Assembly (NCBI GenBank): GCA_048940925.1 | Contig: JBHLOC010000009.1 | Location: 32,001-96,000 of the forward strand | Reading direction: 5' to 3' | Origin: Promethearchaeota archaeon | Lineage (GTDB): Archaea > Asgardarchaeota > Lokiarchaeia > Sigyniarchaeales > SOKP01 | Length of the DNA stretch: 64,000 nucleotides | Part shown: in pieces, positions 20,469 to 31,282 of the stretch | Position numbering within the stretch: the stretch's first letter is position 1 | Layout: the number at the start of each line of letters is the position of its first letter | Program-made: the position numbers and the translations under genes | Notes under the pieces: model-generated | What the model saw: the letters and a program-made list of their open reading frames with translations, nothing else | Told to the model about the DNA's origin: nothing | The model's database searches: none

Positions 20469-21983
20469 TTAATCCCCCCAAAAATTAAATTTTCCTCTAC
20501 TCAGAATCATATTAGGATCTAGTATTTTCTTGATTGACTTCATTAGATTATAATATTCCTCAGTGTATGCACCAATATCAACCATTAAACGAGACATAAA
20601 ATCTCCCATCATATACCATTGAACACCATGTTTTGTAACTCTTTCTAAAAGTGATTTCCATAATTTTAAATTCGTTTCTTGAATGACATCATAGTTCTCA
20701 CCATTAAAATAACTCCAGAAGCTTGTAAAACCACATGTAATTTCTACATTATTACCATCTATTAATAATATAGGACCACTTCCAGAAATAGGTCTCATTT
20801 TAGTAATATTAAAAATTTTTTGCATATTCTCATTATTTTCCATATCCCATTGATCAATATCGTTCAGAATTTCTGGATATTTATTTACTGGACAAAAAGA
20901 TTCAGCTGTTAATGGTTGATTGGATGGTACCAATCCCCATAAATTGTGATAGAATTGCCAATGTCCTTGTTCAACATAATGCCACTTAGCAATATTACCA
21001 TCCGAAATTTCTGAACCTACGTTTTCTGCTTTATTACTTATCATGATTTCATCTAATTGTTTTGCTTTCTCTTCCAATTCTCCTTCAGAATTGGCTTCTA
21101 TAGTATAAAAAATTAAACCTCTTTTCCTTTTTAAATTCTCATACATGGGCATTAAGCCTTGATCAACTCCAATTCTAACAAGTAAATCCATAATATACAT
21201 TGCATCATAGACATCAATTCCTTTATGTCTAATTTCTGACAAAATTTTTGCTGATACCTCTCTTTCTTTTCGAGGTAATAAGAATGTTTTATACTCGGCA
21301 TATTCTGGTTTAGGAAACACTTGTAAAGATACTTTAGTTTTAACACCAAAAATCCCATTATCCCCACAGAATAGTCCTGCTAAGTCTGGACCATTACCAA
21401 ATCGGTTGAATGGGAATTTTGAATATTTATTTGCTTGAGAACCTGTTTCTATAATATCTCCAGTCGGCAAGACTACTTCTAAAGATACTAATTGATTTGT
21501 ACAGGCACCATATTTAGCACATCCTCCTCCACCAACTGAATGATGTGAAATACCCCCTCCTATTGATGCGGACATGCCTGATCCTGGGCCCATACATCCA
21601 GTATAAAGATTAAAATGGCAAAGATATTCATTTAATTTTCCCCAAGATATTCCTGCTTCAACAGTCACGATAAGATTTTCCTCATCCAAATTTAGAATAT
21701 TATTCATTCTTTTCATATCTAATACAATTCCGTTATCTCCAATAGGTTTACTTCCCCCAAACTCACATATTCCTGCTCCACGAGGAATTACAGCAATATT
21801 TTCTTCATTAGCAATTTTAAGAATTTCTGAGATTTCTTGTGCATCTTTTGGTCGTATTACTATATCAGGTATTCCTTGTAAGACTATATCTACATTTCGC
21901 GAATAAGCATGACGAACATAAAGGTCATTCGAAAGATACTTTTTCGAGACAATTTTCTCTAATTTTTGATATAAATCAGACAT
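20469..21983 (-). CDS. FAD-binding oxidoreductase (GlcD/VAO superfamily)
   Basis: PDIVIRP, PRGAG, SIGGGIS, LEVVLPTG, GPDL, KKILDPNMIL. Confidence 0.9.
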   Translation of the reverse strand: MSDLYQKLEKIVSKKYLSNDLYVRHAYSRNVDIVLQGIPDIVIRPKDAQEISEILKIANEENIAVIPRGAGICEFGGSKPIGDNGIVLDMKRMNNILNLDEENLIVTVEAGISWGKLNEYLCHFNLYTGCMGPGSGMSASIGGGISHHSVGGGGCAKYGACTNQLVSLEVVLPTGDIIETGSQANKYSKFPFNRFGNGPDLAGLFCGDNGIFGVKTKVSLQVFPKPEYAEYKTFLLPRKEREVSAKILSEIRHKGIDVYDAMYIMDLLVRIGVDQGLMPMYENLKRKRGLIFYTIEANSEGELEEKAKQLDEIMISNKAENVGSEISDGNIAKWHYVEQGHWQFYHNLWGLVPSNQPLTAESFCPVNKYPEILNDIDQWDMENNENMQKIFNITKMRPISGSGPILLIDGNNVEITCGFTSFWSYFNGENYDVIQETNLKLWKSLLERVTKHGVQWYMMGDFMSRLMVDIGAYTEEYYNLMKSIKKILDPNMILSRGKFNFWGD

Positions 21984-22123
21984 TTCTATATTAACTCATT
22001 AAATTTATATAAAGCAATTTATAATAGAAACATTAAATTACTTAAATATATTCCAAATTAAATTTAAGTTAAATCGAGATAGAGAAAGCAACCTAAACGA
22101 TTAGGGAATCAAGGGTGTAATAA

Positions 22124-22408
22124 ATTTATTATCGAGGATATATATTAATACGTTTAAAAGCAATTGGTACTGAATGGAAGGTTGTTGAAAAATTGATTAA
22201 TTTAAAATCTACTGATCTAGACGAAGATTGGAAAATCACATATGCAACTCCTATTTATGGGGGTTGGGATATAATGGTAGAATGTTCATTTACTAAAATG
22301 AGAGATTTAGATAAAATATCTACTTTTTGCAAGGTAGATAAAGATTTATCGCAGTGGATAGAAGAAACAACCACATTAATAGGTTCAAAAAAAGATTATC
22401 CTAGATAA
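22124..22408 (+). CDS. Lrp/AsnC ligand-binding (RAM)-like small protein
   Basis: The frame stays open upstream of the track start at 22193 (YYRGYILIRLKAIGTEWKVVEKL). IYGGWDIMVEC...IEETTT fits a RAM fold. Start is uncertain (ATT at 22124 after GGGTG). Confidence 0.65.
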   Translation: MYYRGYILIRLKAIGTEWKVVEKLINLKSTDLDEDWKITYATPIYGGWDIMVECSFTKMRDLDKISTFCKVDKDLSQWIEETTTLIGSKKDYPR

Positions 22409-22465
22409 TATAAGGTTGTAATATTTTGAATTAACTCATATTAGTAATTTAGATTTACTGTTATT

Positions 22466-23089
22466 TTGGGTTGGAAAACCTTGTATAAGATTAGAAAATA
22501 TTCTATTATAACTATAATTTTTATTTTACTAACTATTCCTCTGTTTTTCGGAGTTTTTATAAAATTTTTCTTAATATTTAATATAAATCTAAAGGTGATT
22601 TTAGTTTTAATAACAGGATTTTGTGTCCTTATGATATTGAGTAAATTGACCGAAATATATGGTTATAGCGATAGACACATTGAAATTATGAAAGATCATG
22701 ATATTATAGAGGTGTTTATTAATAACCACAATCAGATAATTGTATGGGTTTTTTTTCCAATAATAATGATAATTGAAGAATTAATCTTTAGATATTATTT
22801 GATTGGTTTCTTATTTTTTATTTTGGGATTAGAATCTTTTCTACTAATACTATCATCCAGCTTAATTTTCTCGCTATATCATATACATACGTGGTTTGTT
22901 ATTAAAAATCTAAGACTTAGGTTGATTAATCTTAGTAATCCCTTTTTATTAGGTTTATTCAATGGGTATTTATTTCTAAAATTAGGGATTATACCATGTA
23001 TTTTGGTTCATTATTTTCTAGCTCTATTTTTATATTACAATTTATATAGAAGATATTTTAAAAGAGAAAATGAAGAAAATAAAAATTAA
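22466..23089 (+). CDS. CPBP (CAAX/Rce1/Abi-like) intramembrane protease
   Basis: EELIFR, FSLYH, ILVH motifs and hydrophobic segments. Confidence 0.85.
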   Translation: MGWKTLYKIRKYSIITIIFILLTIPLFFGVFIKFFLIFNINLKVILVLITGFCVLMILSKLTEIYGYSDRHIEIMKDHDIIEVFINNHNQIIVWVFFPIIMIIEELIFRYYLIGFLFFILGLESFLLILSSSLIFSLYHIHTWFVIKNLRLRLINLSNPFLLGLFNGYLFLKLGIIPCILVHYFLALFLYYNLYRRYFKRENEENKN

Positions 23090-23108
23090 AAAAGAAAAGT
23101 GCTAAAAA

Positions 23109-24839
23109 TCATTTTTCTCTCAATAATTTCTTATCTACTTTACCTATGGTAGTAAGAGGCATTTCTTCAATAAATTCAATGATTTTTGGAACTTTATATT
23201 TAGCTAAATTATCTTTTGCATGTTTTAGAATATCATTTTTCGTTTCTTCTGTAGCTTCATATCCTTTCTTTAGTAATACAAATAATTTGACAACCTCAGA
23301 GCCAGGACGCTCTGGATCGGGAATTCCAACAGATGAACAGAGTTCAATTGCTGGATGTTCATTCATTTTATCATCAACTTCTACAGAAAATACTTTAAAA
23401 CCACTTACATTTATCATGTCTTTCGTTCGGTCAACAATAGTAATATAACCTTCCTCATCCATGACCCCTATATCACCACTATAGAAAAATCCATTTTGAA
23501 GAGCATTATCTGTTTCTTTAGGTTTATTCCAATATCCTTTAAATATTTGGGGACCTCTAATAGCTATCTCTCCAGGTTCTCCTAAAGGAACTTCTTTTTC
23601 GTGATCTGCAACATCTACAATTTTTACTTCAGTATTAGGGAAAGGAATACCAACAGTTCCTATTTTCTTCTTCCCTAAATAGGGATTCATTGTAACACCT
23701 GGAGATGCTTCAGTCATACCATAAGCTTCTACAACTTTTTCTTTACCAACAACATCTTCAAATTCATATATACTTTCAGTTGGAAATGGGGCTGCACCAG
23801 AAATATATCCTATTACTGAGCTAAGATCTAGCTTTTTAAACCTTCGATTCTTTACGAGCATCATATAAAGTGTTGGAACATTATACATTAGTGAAACTTT
23901 CCCTTCATAATCTTTCATTTTCCCCACCATATAGTTCGTATCTCTTGGATCTGGAACTAAAATTTGCATACACCCTTGTGCAACTGTTTGTAGACAAAAT
24001 TGCAGACCAGCTAAGTGAAAAAAAGGAAAACCTGAGATGTAAACATCTTTTCCTGGTTTAAGGGCAGGTTCAAACCAATGATTTACTATTTGAATTATAG
24101 ATATTAAATTTTGGTGGGTTAAAATAGCTCCTTTAGGAGGACCAGTTGTTCCACCAGTATATTGAAGTAATAAGACATCTTCTGGTTCAATTTTTATATC
24201 TGGAATTGTTTCACTTGGAGATTTTTCTAATATCTCTTTAAAGTTAGCAAATTCAATTCCTTCTATAGGCTCTACTTTTCCAAATGGGACTTTTCCTATT
24301 TTAATTAATTGTTCTTTCATTTTAGGTTCTATATCTAAAAAATCAGCAACATTAGTTGTAATAACAATCTTCACATCAGTTTCTCCACTTATAATTGCTT
24401 GTCTAACCTTTTCTTCATAAAAAGAATCAAGTGTTAAAATTGCAACTGCGCCAGAATCTTTTAATTGATATATTATTTCATTAGGTTGTAATAGGAAATT
24501 CATACCTGACGCTGCGCATCCAGCATAGAATATTCCAAACAATGATATAATAAACTGAGGAATATTTGGCAAGTTAATAATGACTCGATCTCCTTTTTTA
24601 ACTCCATTATCAATAAGAAAGTTGGCAAAACTTATAATATAGTTCTCAGTTTCTTGATAAGTTGCACGAGTTCCCTGAAAATCATAACAAAGGCTATCAG
24701 GGTATTTTTGAACCGTTCTTCTCATCATTTCTACTAAAGAATAGATTTTGATGTCGATTTCAGGTTTTACATGCCTGTCATATGATTTTAGCCATATTTT
24801 TTCAGAGTATGGGCTGCTCTTCATCATTTTTTCTGTCAT
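23109..24839 (-). CDS. Long-chain fatty acid--CoA ligase
   Basis: YTGGTTGPPKG, YGMTE, SGDIG, DRTKD, GKVDK. Confidence 0.92.
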   Translation of the reverse strand: MTEKMMKSSPYSEKIWLKSYDRHVKPEIDIKIYSLVEMMRRTVQKYPDSLCYDFQGTRATYQETENYIISFANFLIDNGVKKGDRVIINLPNIPQFIISLFGIFYAGCAASGMNFLLQPNEIIYQLKDSGAVAILTLDSFYEEKVRQAIISGETDVKIVITTNVADFLDIEPKMKEQLIKIGKVPFGKVEPIEGIEFANFKEILEKSPSETIPDIKIEPEDVLLLQYTGGTTGPPKGAILTHQNLISIIQIVNHWFEPALKPGKDVYISGFPFFHLAGLQFCLQTVAQGCMQILVPDPRDTNYMVGKMKDYEGKVSLMYNVPTLYMMLVKNRRFKKLDLSSVIGYISGAAPFPTESIYEFEDVVGKEKVVEAYGMTEASPGVTMNPYLGKKKIGTVGIPFPNTEVKIVDVADHEKEVPLGEPGEIAIRGPQIFKGYWNKPKETDNALQNGFFYSGDIGVMDEEGYITIVDRTKDMINVSGFKVFSVEVDDKMNEHPAIELCSSVGIPDPERPGSEVVKLFVLLKKGYEATEETKNDILKHAKDNLAKYKVPKIIEFIEEMPLTTIGKVDKKLLREK

Positions 24840-24927
24840 TTTTGATCAAGATTAAAAATTTTTTTAATTAGATTTAACTTTTTTTATTAGTATTTTTATT
24901 GTCAGATATATATTTAAACCTATTTAT

Positions 24928-25809
24928 ATGATTAAAATGGATATTTACTTTAGAAAATTAGAATTTGAGGATATTCCCGCTATTAAAGATATTAGCAAAG
25001 ATATTTGGGAAGGTTGGGATTATATTCCTGGGATCATTGAACAATGGCTTAAAGATGAAAATTGTTTAAACTATGGAGCATTTATAGATGAAAACAGATC
25101 TATGATGGTCGGTTTTGGACGTATAAAAATTATTAATAATTATTTAGCTTGGTTAGAAGGAGGAAGAGTAAAGTTAGAATATCAGCGACAAGGGATTGGA
25201 AGAGAGATGATAAAATATGCATTAGATTATGCTTATAAAGTAAATGCGAAAGTGGCTCAGTTTGATACCTCATCAACAAACTTAGGATCGCAATCATTAG
25301 CAAAACATTTTGGATTTAAAAGAAAAAAATCTATGAATGTCTTAAATGCTGAGAAAAAAGATATTCAAATAACAGATGATTCAAACCCTGAATTTACCAA
25401 AATCTCAGCTCATAGAGCTAAATCTTTTTATAAATCATTTGATATAAGCCTTGGAGATGAGATTTGTTTTGGGTGGTCTTATACACCATTAAATTATATA
25501 ACAGATAATGATGGTGAATGGTATATACATGATTCTGATGCAATAGTACAAACAATTAAATATAAAAGAACTGTTCTTCAAGAATTTCCAGGAGAAAATG
25601 AAATTTGGTTAATTGCATATGGTACTCCAAAAATAGCATTTGGACTTCTTAAAGCTGTACTTCAAAAAGAACTTCAAAATGAAGGGAGTAATTATTTTGA
25701 AGTTTTTTGTCATCCCGATATTGCAAACCTCATTGAAACAATAGGTTTTTATTATTATGAGGGAAAACCATTCGGAGTTGTATTATTTGAAAAAGATTTA
25801 AATAAATAA
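24928..25809 (+). CDS. GNAT N-acetyltransferase
   Basis: RVKLEYQRQGIG acetyl-CoA motif, N..S..L..HFGF. Confidence 0.85.
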   Translation: MIKMDIYFRKLEFEDIPAIKDISKDIWEGWDYIPGIIEQWLKDENCLNYGAFIDENRSMMVGFGRIKIINNYLAWLEGGRVKLEYQRQGIGREMIKYALDYAYKVNAKVAQFDTSSTNLGSQSLAKHFGFKRKKSMNVLNAEKKDIQITDDSNPEFTKISAHRAKSFYKSFDISLGDEICFGWSYTPLNYITDNDGEWYIHDSDAIVQTIKYKRTVLQEFPGENEIWLIAYGTPKIAFGLLKAVLQKELQNEGSNYFEVFCHPDIANLIETIGFYYYEGKPFGVVLFEKDLNK

Positions 25810-25845
25810 ATCATATTTACATTTATAAAAAACTATACATAGGAG

Positions 25846-26916
25846 ATGTTAATGTCTGACGATGCCTATTTGAAACTGAGAGAATTCTTAAATCAATTTC
25901 CTCTAGGGTTTCCTGAAACACCTTCTCAAGTTGAGTTAAAAATCTTAAAAAGACTATTTACTAAAGAAGAGGCTAAAATTACTGTATTATTAACCCCAAC
26001 ACCTAATACTGTTTCTCAGATTGCTAAAAAGTCTGAATTAGACGAAAAACAATTAGAGGAAAGACTAGAAATTATGGCTAAAAAAGGATTAATATTTCGC
26101 ATTCGACGAGATAATAAAACGTTCTTCAATGCTATTCCTTTCATGATTGGATTATATGAATATTCTGTCAAAAAAATAGATAAAGAACTTGCTAAATATT
26201 ATAAAGAATATTATGACACTGCATATCAAGAAGAAATGGGCTTAAGCAATGTTCCAGGATTTAAAGTGGTTCCAATTGAGGAGGCAATTGAATATAATAC
26301 TGTTCTTTTCCCATATCATAAATTGAAAGAAAGTATAAAGAATGCGAGAGTAATTTCAGTAACAGAATGTATCTGTCGTAAAGAAGCAGAATTAAACGGG
26401 GAGGGATGTGATAATCCAATAGAAACATGTCTCAGTTTTGGAGTAGCAGCAGAATATTATATTGAAAATGGTATAGGGCGTGAAATTTCTGCGGAAGAAG
26501 CAATTAAAATTATCAAACAAGCTGATAAAGCTGGTCTAGTTCATGCTGGTGCTAACTCTAAACACCTTTCTAATATATGTAATTGTTGTCCATGTTGTTG
26601 TGCATCAATGAAAGGAATAACACAGAAGGGGCTTGATAAACATAAGTTTATGAATGCTCTGTTCGAATCTATCGTGAATGAAGAACTATGCACATCTTGT
26701 GGAACATGCGTCGACCGATGCCCTGTTGGAGCCATAATATTAGAAGATACTGCTGTAGTTTCAAGAGAAAAATGTCTTGGATGTGGTTTATGTGCTACCA
26801 CTTGCCCTGAAGAAGCTATTGTTTTACATTTAAGGGAAGACCGTGAGGAACCTTTTAATAGAGTAATGGAGATGTCAATGGCTATGTTAGAAGGCAAAAA
26901 AAGTCATACAAAATAA
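25846..26916 (+). CDS. 4Fe-4S binding protein with N-terminal HTH-like region
   Basis: CICR, ICNCCPCCC, two CxxCxxCxxxCP motifs. Confidence 0.85.
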   Translation: MLMSDDAYLKLREFLNQFPLGFPETPSQVELKILKRLFTKEEAKITVLLTPTPNTVSQIAKKSELDEKQLEERLEIMAKKGLIFRIRRDNKTFFNAIPFMIGLYEYSVKKIDKELAKYYKEYYDTAYQEEMGLSNVPGFKVVPIEEAIEYNTVLFPYHKLKESIKNARVISVTECICRKEAELNGEGCDNPIETCLSFGVAAEYYIENGIGREISAEEAIKIIKQADKAGLVHAGANSKHLSNICNCCPCCCASMKGITQKGLDKHKFMNALFESIVNEELCTSCGTCVDRCPVGAIILEDTAVVSREKCLGCGLCATTCPEEAIVLHLREDREEPFNRVMEMSMAMLEGKKSHTK

Positions 26917-27108
26917 AAAATTGTTTAATAAATAAACTTCTCTGATACTCGTTTAATATTTGATCTGAAGTATTAAATTGAATCAATTCAGGTTCAAAAT
27001 TAATCAAAATAAGTACATTATTTATCAATTTTACTTTGTATTTTATATTTCCAAAAGCTGCAAAACAAATTTTAGGAATTTTAATTTTGAAAGAAAGAAA
27101 TTGAAGTT

Positions 27109-28440
27109 TTATTTAAAGTTAGGTAAATATTTTTTTTGAAGTTGACTCATTTCTTTAAAAATAATTTCTGCCATCTCAAAATTTTTGCAGTTAACATCCA
27201 TAGCAAGACAAGCGATAGCGAGATCTTTTGATTCGTTTAAAATAGCTTCTACACACACGTCTTGAATAGAGGCTTCAATCCGTAATAATGCAGCAACGCT
27301 TTTAGAGATATTTCCTAATTTAACTCCATGGATACCCTCTCTATTAACATATCCTGAACATTCTATTACGAGATCTTGAGGAAGATTATCAATAATACCT
27401 TTGTTAGAAATATTAACTGCCATTTCATATGAATTACTATCCGTAATAATTGCCTTGATAATTGGTATCCCTCTTTCTTCTGAATGAGCGTTTAGTATTA
27501 TGCCTTTTTTGGGATATCTTCCCTTTTCAAGTCTTTTATGATATTTTTTTAACCATGTGTTTACTGCTTTGTTTTCAGATTCCATTTTATCCAACCAGTC
27601 TAAGATATCTTCGATTTTAGTATATTGAGATCCAATTTGTAAATACTCACAGACATGATTATCTCCAGCATAACAAAAACAACCAGTTCTATTATAGAGC
27701 TCAAATGTTAGATCAGCAAAATGAAATCTATCCCATTTATCTTGAAAATACTCCATACACTTTGCATTAAACTCGGGCATTAAATTTTTTCCAGTTAATA
27801 AATCTTCTAATCTGAATAGAAACCCAAAGTGGTTTAAACCACCGAGAGTTAATTTCATTTCAGTTATTTCCTTATTTAGCATATCCGATAGATGATATTT
27901 TGTTAATAATTCAATTTGATGACAAAGCCCAACAAATTTTAATCCCGGAATGGATCTTTTAAGTGCTAAACAAATTCTTGACACGGGATTTGAATACACG
28001 ATTAGAAATGCATTAGGACAATAAGTCATAATATCTTGTCCAATTCTAATATGTTCAGGAATTTGACGAGCCGAATGGAAAAATCCTCCAGGACCCCCAT
28101 TTTCTGCCATCATCTCTGTTGAACCGTGTGTCCGAGGAATTAAATTGTCTTGCCGTCGTAATAAGAACCTATCCCCATTTTCAATTGAACAAATGATAAA
28201 ATCAGCATCTTTTAAAGCACTTTTTCGATCCAGAGTTTGTTCAATATTAAATCTATATTTACTGATTTCATTTTCTTTAAGGACAATATCATAGACTCTC
28301 TCTAACTTTTCCTTATTAATGTCATGGAGAACTATCGTAGATCCAAATAATATTTCACTCGAAAATATATCCATTAAAGTGACTGGTCCAAATGCAGCAC
28401 TTCCAGCACCAATCAATACTATTCTTTTAGTTCTTACCAT
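27109..28440 (-). CDS. Family 4 glycoside hydrolase (NAD-dependent alpha-galactosidase/glucosidase)
   Basis: IGAGS, GPGG, YSNP, GLCH, GLNH. Confidence 0.9.
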   Translation of the reverse strand: MVRTKRIVLIGAGSAAFGPVTLMDIFSSEILFGSTIVLHDINKEKLERVYDIVLKENEISKYRFNIEQTLDRKSALKDADFIICSIENGDRFLLRRQDNLIPRTHGSTEMMAENGGPGGFFHSARQIPEHIRIGQDIMTYCPNAFLIVYSNPVSRICLALKRSIPGLKFVGLCHQIELLTKYHLSDMLNKEITEMKLTLGGLNHFGFLFRLEDLLTGKNLMPEFNAKCMEYFQDKWDRFHFADLTFELYNRTGCFCYAGDNHVCEYLQIGSQYTKIEDILDWLDKMESENKAVNTWLKKYHKRLEKGRYPKKGIILNAHSEERGIPIIKAIITDSNSYEMAVNISNKGIIDNLPQDLVIECSGYVNREGIHGVKLGNISKSVAALLRIEASIQDVCVEAILNESKDLAIACLAMDVNCKNFEMAEIIFKEMSQLQKKYLPNFK

Positions 28441-28550
28441 CTACTTGACCTACAAAAAAATACTGAAAAAATTAATAATCCAATGGTATCATTCATTTTA
28501 ATACATAATATTAGATTATTTTTAATAGCTTAATGAATTTTGGATGAAGT

Positions 28551-29687
28551 TTGATGAGTAAAGTTGGTATTGCGACACTCCCATTACACAGTTCTAAAGC
28601 CCCCATGTGGTTATTAAAGCGAATGGCACTTCTCGGAAAGCCAATTTTCAAAATCTTATATGACATGGAAGGTTCAGATGGTATATTAAGAAGATTATCT
28701 GACACATATTGGTTTCAAGGTTTGGGATGTATTTTAGGCTTCGATTGGCATTCGTCGGGAGTTACAACAGTCTTAGGTGGTGTTCTAAAACAAATTATCA
28801 ATCCTCGGGATCATGGCTTAATAATCGCTGGCGGAAAAGGTAAAAATTCTACAAAAGTAAAGGAACATCTTCAAGACAATGCAAGGGCTCTAAGTTTTAA
28901 TGATAATGATATTGAAAAATTCTGTGATATTAGTCGATTGGTAGCTAAAATTGATAATGCTGCTGTCCAAGATGGCTTTAATTTATATCATCATTTAATG
29001 ATTGTCTCTGAAAAAAATTGGGGGATAATCCAGCAAGGACTTGATGTAAATATTAGAAAAGCAAGGAGGTACCACTGGTTTTCTGAAAGCTTGACTAATT
29101 TTTTAGAAAATCCTCATAAAGATATTAGTACAGAAGTAGTGAAAGATAAAACCTTAAATATGGTATCGAGTGAAAGTAGAAAGTGTAGGAAAGTATCAAT
29201 TGATTTGATTGAAGAAGGATCGAATCGAATAAAGCAATATCTTAGTAAATTGAAAAATAGAAATCAAACATCTTTAGATGACTTTATTGAAACTGAACAG
29301 AAAATTAAGAAAAGACCGATTTCTCATTTAAATATGCCTATTCCTTTTTCACTTAAATGGGAAAGTATTGATATTGCTAAAGAATTAACCGTGAAAGATT
29401 ATACAGATTTATTGAGAATTCATGGTTTAGGATCTGGGATGATTAGGGCTTTAGCACTTATATCAGAATTTATTTGGGGAGAACCCCCAAGTTGGAGGGA
29501 TCCTGCCAAATACTCTTATGCTGTTGGAGGTAAGGATGGAATTCCATACTCAGTGAACCTTAAAAGGATGGAAAGATGTGCAACGATACTGGAACAAGCA
29601 ATTGATCAAGCCCGTTTAAATAATAAAGAAAAATTGGATGCATTTAAAAGATTATATAAATTTAAGAATATTCAGAAGATTTTTTAA
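28551..29687 (+). CDS. DUF763 family protein
   Basis: LPLH...GFDWHSSGVTT...LQ/VQDGF.LYHH...DPAKYSYAVGGKDG.P. Confidence 0.85.
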   Translation: MMSKVGIATLPLHSSKAPMWLLKRMALLGKPIFKILYDMEGSDGILRRLSDTYWFQGLGCILGFDWHSSGVTTVLGGVLKQIINPRDHGLIIAGGKGKNSTKVKEHLQDNARALSFNDNDIEKFCDISRLVAKIDNAAVQDGFNLYHHLMIVSEKNWGIIQQGLDVNIRKARRYHWFSESLTNFLENPHKDISTEVVKDKTLNMVSSESRKCRKVSIDLIEEGSNRIKQYLSKLKNRNQTSLDDFIETEQKIKKRPISHLNMPIPFSLKWESIDIAKELTVKDYTDLLRIHGLGSGMIRALALISEFIWGEPPSWRDPAKYSYAVGGKDGIPYSVNLKRMERCATILEQAIDQARLNNKEKLDAFKRLYKFKNIQKIF

Positions 29688-29794
29688 ACTTTACTTGTTA
29701 ATTCATCGCTTCCTGTTTATTCAATGAGAACTAATTTTAGTTTTCCTTTTGTTAAAGTTTAAAAGTGCTCAGTTAATTAAGGATTTGTAAGAAT

Positions 29795-30424
29795 ATGATT
29801 AATTCAGATCAGACGATATCAGTGAATTTCATTTGTCCTTATTGCAAAGAAAGTTTTAAAAAGCAAATAGAGTATGAGAAGAAGTCTGGTCTTTTTAATT
29901 TATTAATAAAAAATCATCCTAAAGGAGAAAATTGTCCTCCCTTTATAGCGTTTATAGATAATAATGGAAGACATAGAGGATCTCAAAAGATTGATAATGT
30001 TGAGGTAGATAATTCACAAAATGAACAATTGCTCGAAGATGCTCAAAGTAAAATTGATGAATTAGATAAGACTGTAAGATTTTACCATTTGAAGGTACCG
30101 AGGAGAGGAGGAAGAGGATTTGAACACAAAGTTTCAAACGTGCAGGATAGAGCATTCATGAGTTCAAAATTTTATTCTCAACTTATAGAATTTTTAACTG
30201 AAACTGAGAGTATCAATACTTTTGGAACAATTAACGTTAATACTGATACTTACTTTGAAGATGGTGTATTAATTTATGGAAAGTATCTCGGAATGGCTTA
30301 CACTATCTATTGGAAAGATCAAAAAACGATACAAAGCAAAAATCTTGAAGAACTAAAGGCTCATGCTAATCTAACTGTAGAAAAATTGTTAGATATTTAT
30401 GATTTAATAGATTTCTTTTTTTAA
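29795..30424 (+). CDS. Hypothetical protein with N-terminal Zn-finger-like domain
   Basis: CPYC...H....C..F..FIDNNG..RG, similar to 42226..42765. Confidence 0.65.
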   Translation: MINSDQTISVNFICPYCKESFKKQIEYEKKSGLFNLLIKNHPKGENCPPFIAFIDNNGRHRGSQKIDNVEVDNSQNEQLLEDAQSKIDELDKTVRFYHLKVPRRGGRGFEHKVSNVQDRAFMSSKFYSQLIEFLTETESINTFGTINVNTDTYFEDGVLIYGKYLGMAYTIYWKDQKTIQSKNLEELKAHANLTVEKLLDIYDLIDFFF

Positions 30425-30605
30425 GAAATTTTAATAAGCAAATAAATTCCCTTAAAAATCATAAAAAATAGAAAAAAAGAATTAGTCATTTATTTTAAGA
30501 TTTCCCGATGAAATTCCTTAATAAATATTTTAAAAATAAATGGAAGAATAAAGAAGAAATAAAATAATTATTTTAAAATTATAAAAAAAAGAGAATTGAA
30601 ACAAA

Positions 30606-31124
30606 TTATTGACTTTCGACACTAACTTGGTATTCTTGAGTTTTTTTGTGTCCACAATGAATACAATAGGCAACTCCTTTCTCTGATAAGCTTTCAAGCA
30701 TCGAATTAGAAAATTTATTTCCACATTCACTACAATAGCTTACGTCAGGTTGTATAATTTGTACTGTCTTTTGAATGGGAATAATTGGTTCTTCTTCTTT
30801 TTGAACTATTATAACTTGAGGTGGTTCTTGTTGTAGAGCATCTTGATTTTTATTGGGTTTAGGTTTTCCTGAAATAGCATAATATAGTGCTTCAAAAATC
30901 TTATAAAAGAGAAGACCTAATCCTTTTAAAAGATAATAAACACCTTTTAGAACATAATATATTAAGTAAGCGACTCCTTTCAAAACGTAATAGACAATTA
31001 CCACAGCTAACGCTAATAACGCGAAAATACCAATTAATATAAAAATCTGACCGTATACTGGTTGAGCTAAATACCAATCAAGAATTTCTTGCCAAGGGAC
31101 ACCAAACACATACACATTATCCAT
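30606..31124 (-). CDS. Membrane protein with C-terminal zinc ribbon
   Basis: TM helix, YYVLKG repeats, CSECG...CIHCG. GGAGTGA ribosome-binding site. Confidence 0.75.
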   Translation of the reverse strand: MDNVYVFGVPWQEILDWYLAQPVYGQIFILIGIFALLALAVVIVYYVLKGVAYLIYYVLKGVYYLLKGLGLLFYKIFEALYYAISGKPKPNKNQDALQQEPPQVIIVQKEEEPIIPIQKTVQIIQPDVSYCSECGNKFSNSMLESLSEKGVAYCIHCGHKKTQEYQVSVESQ

Positions 31125-31282
31125 TTGTAATCACTCCAAATTTAATTTTTTTACTTAATTAAAAGGAGATTTTAATAGAATTAAAAAAATTTGGAGTCCA
31201 ATTTTTAAAGTTTAAAGATTAGAGAGTTATATTAAAATCAAAAAAATCAAAGGTGAATAGATCGAAATAATTATAATTTAAT

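Noticed and set aside
22080-22120. Riboswitch or intron upstream of the RAM-domain gene
   Set aside because: Only a 5-bp hairpin is present, with no BHB geometry, no upstream exon and no recognisable aptamer.
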